Virus record (IMG/VR): IMGVR_UViG_3300035696_000017
Location: 50,054-114,053 of that record
DNA: 64,000 nt
Reading direction: 5' to 3' (one strand)
From: a virus
This document shows, one piece after another, positions 63,450-64,000 of the stretch. Numbering within the stretch: the stretch's first letter is position 1; each line of letters starts with the position of its first letter. A program made the position numbers and the translations under genes. The notes beneath the pieces were generated by a model. The model ran no database searches. It was given only the letters and a program-made list of their open reading frames with translations, and was not told the DNA's origin.

Positions 63450-64000
63450 CAGTGAACCACCCCTGGTTGCCCCGGCGCGTGCGCGTTCCCCCGGGAAGAA
63501 GGCGGAGATCTGCCCTGCGCACGGGCGTCCCGGGACACCAGCACCCACCGAGAGATGTACATCTGCGGCCGCCCTCCCGCGGGCTTTCACCATCTGTCGT
63601 CACGAACCCATTCTTTCCCGATCTGCGCTGATCTGCGTGTGCGCGGGAGGACGAGAAGGGGTGGCGGTGGTAGGGAGGCCGCAGCGGCAGCGGAGGGCGG
63701 GTCGGCGGGCGGGCTGCGCGGTCCCACCAGTGCGCCAGCGTGTTCTGCGTGGATCTGCGGCGAACTGCGCGGGGCGGCGGGCTGTCGAGCAATGCTCCGC
63801 CCCTCCGCTTCCTGCCGCCACGTGCCACCAGATGGCGGATGCCGGTCCCGCGCTCCCTCTGGCGGCGCCCAGTGATAGGCTATTTAGATCGTTACGACGC
63901 GCCCACGTGAGGAACTTAGCGGCCCCTGGGATCGTCGTAGCCCCCGTGTCGCGCGCTCACGCGCGCGGGCCAAGCTCCGTCACATCCGCAGGGCCTGGGC

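Overview
This window is part of a large, GC-rich (roughly 65%) lytic-type dsDNA phage genome. The host may be Myxococcota (Polyangiales), inferred weakly from an FGE-sulfatase-type lipoprotein. Almost all real genes are on the minus strand up to about 61.5 kb, where transcription diverges; most long plus-strand ORFs in the track are antisense shadows. Recognisable genes include an Rnl2-type RNA ligase, an ATP-dependent DNA ligase, a MoxR-type AAA+ ATPase, a sigma-70-like factor lacking its region 4.2 helix, a dNMP kinase, three HNH proteins, a glycan-modification operon (pyruvyl-transferase family, GT4, PLP aminotransferase), two paralogous GT-A-like proteins, an ATP-grasp protein, a headless CCA-enzyme/HD protein, an AlkB-type dioxygenase, a bL12 C-terminal-domain fusion, a GNAT and a RadA-like ATPase. 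A 4.2 kb array at 14.9-19.1 kb holds about 21 tRNAs plus several aberrant tRNA-like RNAs, including a 77-nt RNA resembling only the tRNA-like domain of tmRNA and an apparently circularly permuted tRNA-like gene. The dominant non-coding signal is a ~39-bp 'stop-promoter-start' linker, GTG(C/A/T)AA-N17/18-TAnnnT-N6/7-ATG. It occurs about 50 times by manual count, almost once per gene between 46.7 and 62 kb, making that region an array of leaderless single-gene cassettes. A second, -10-only motif (ATAnnTA) precedes a different gene set. All family assignments come from motif recognition by eye; no database searches were run.
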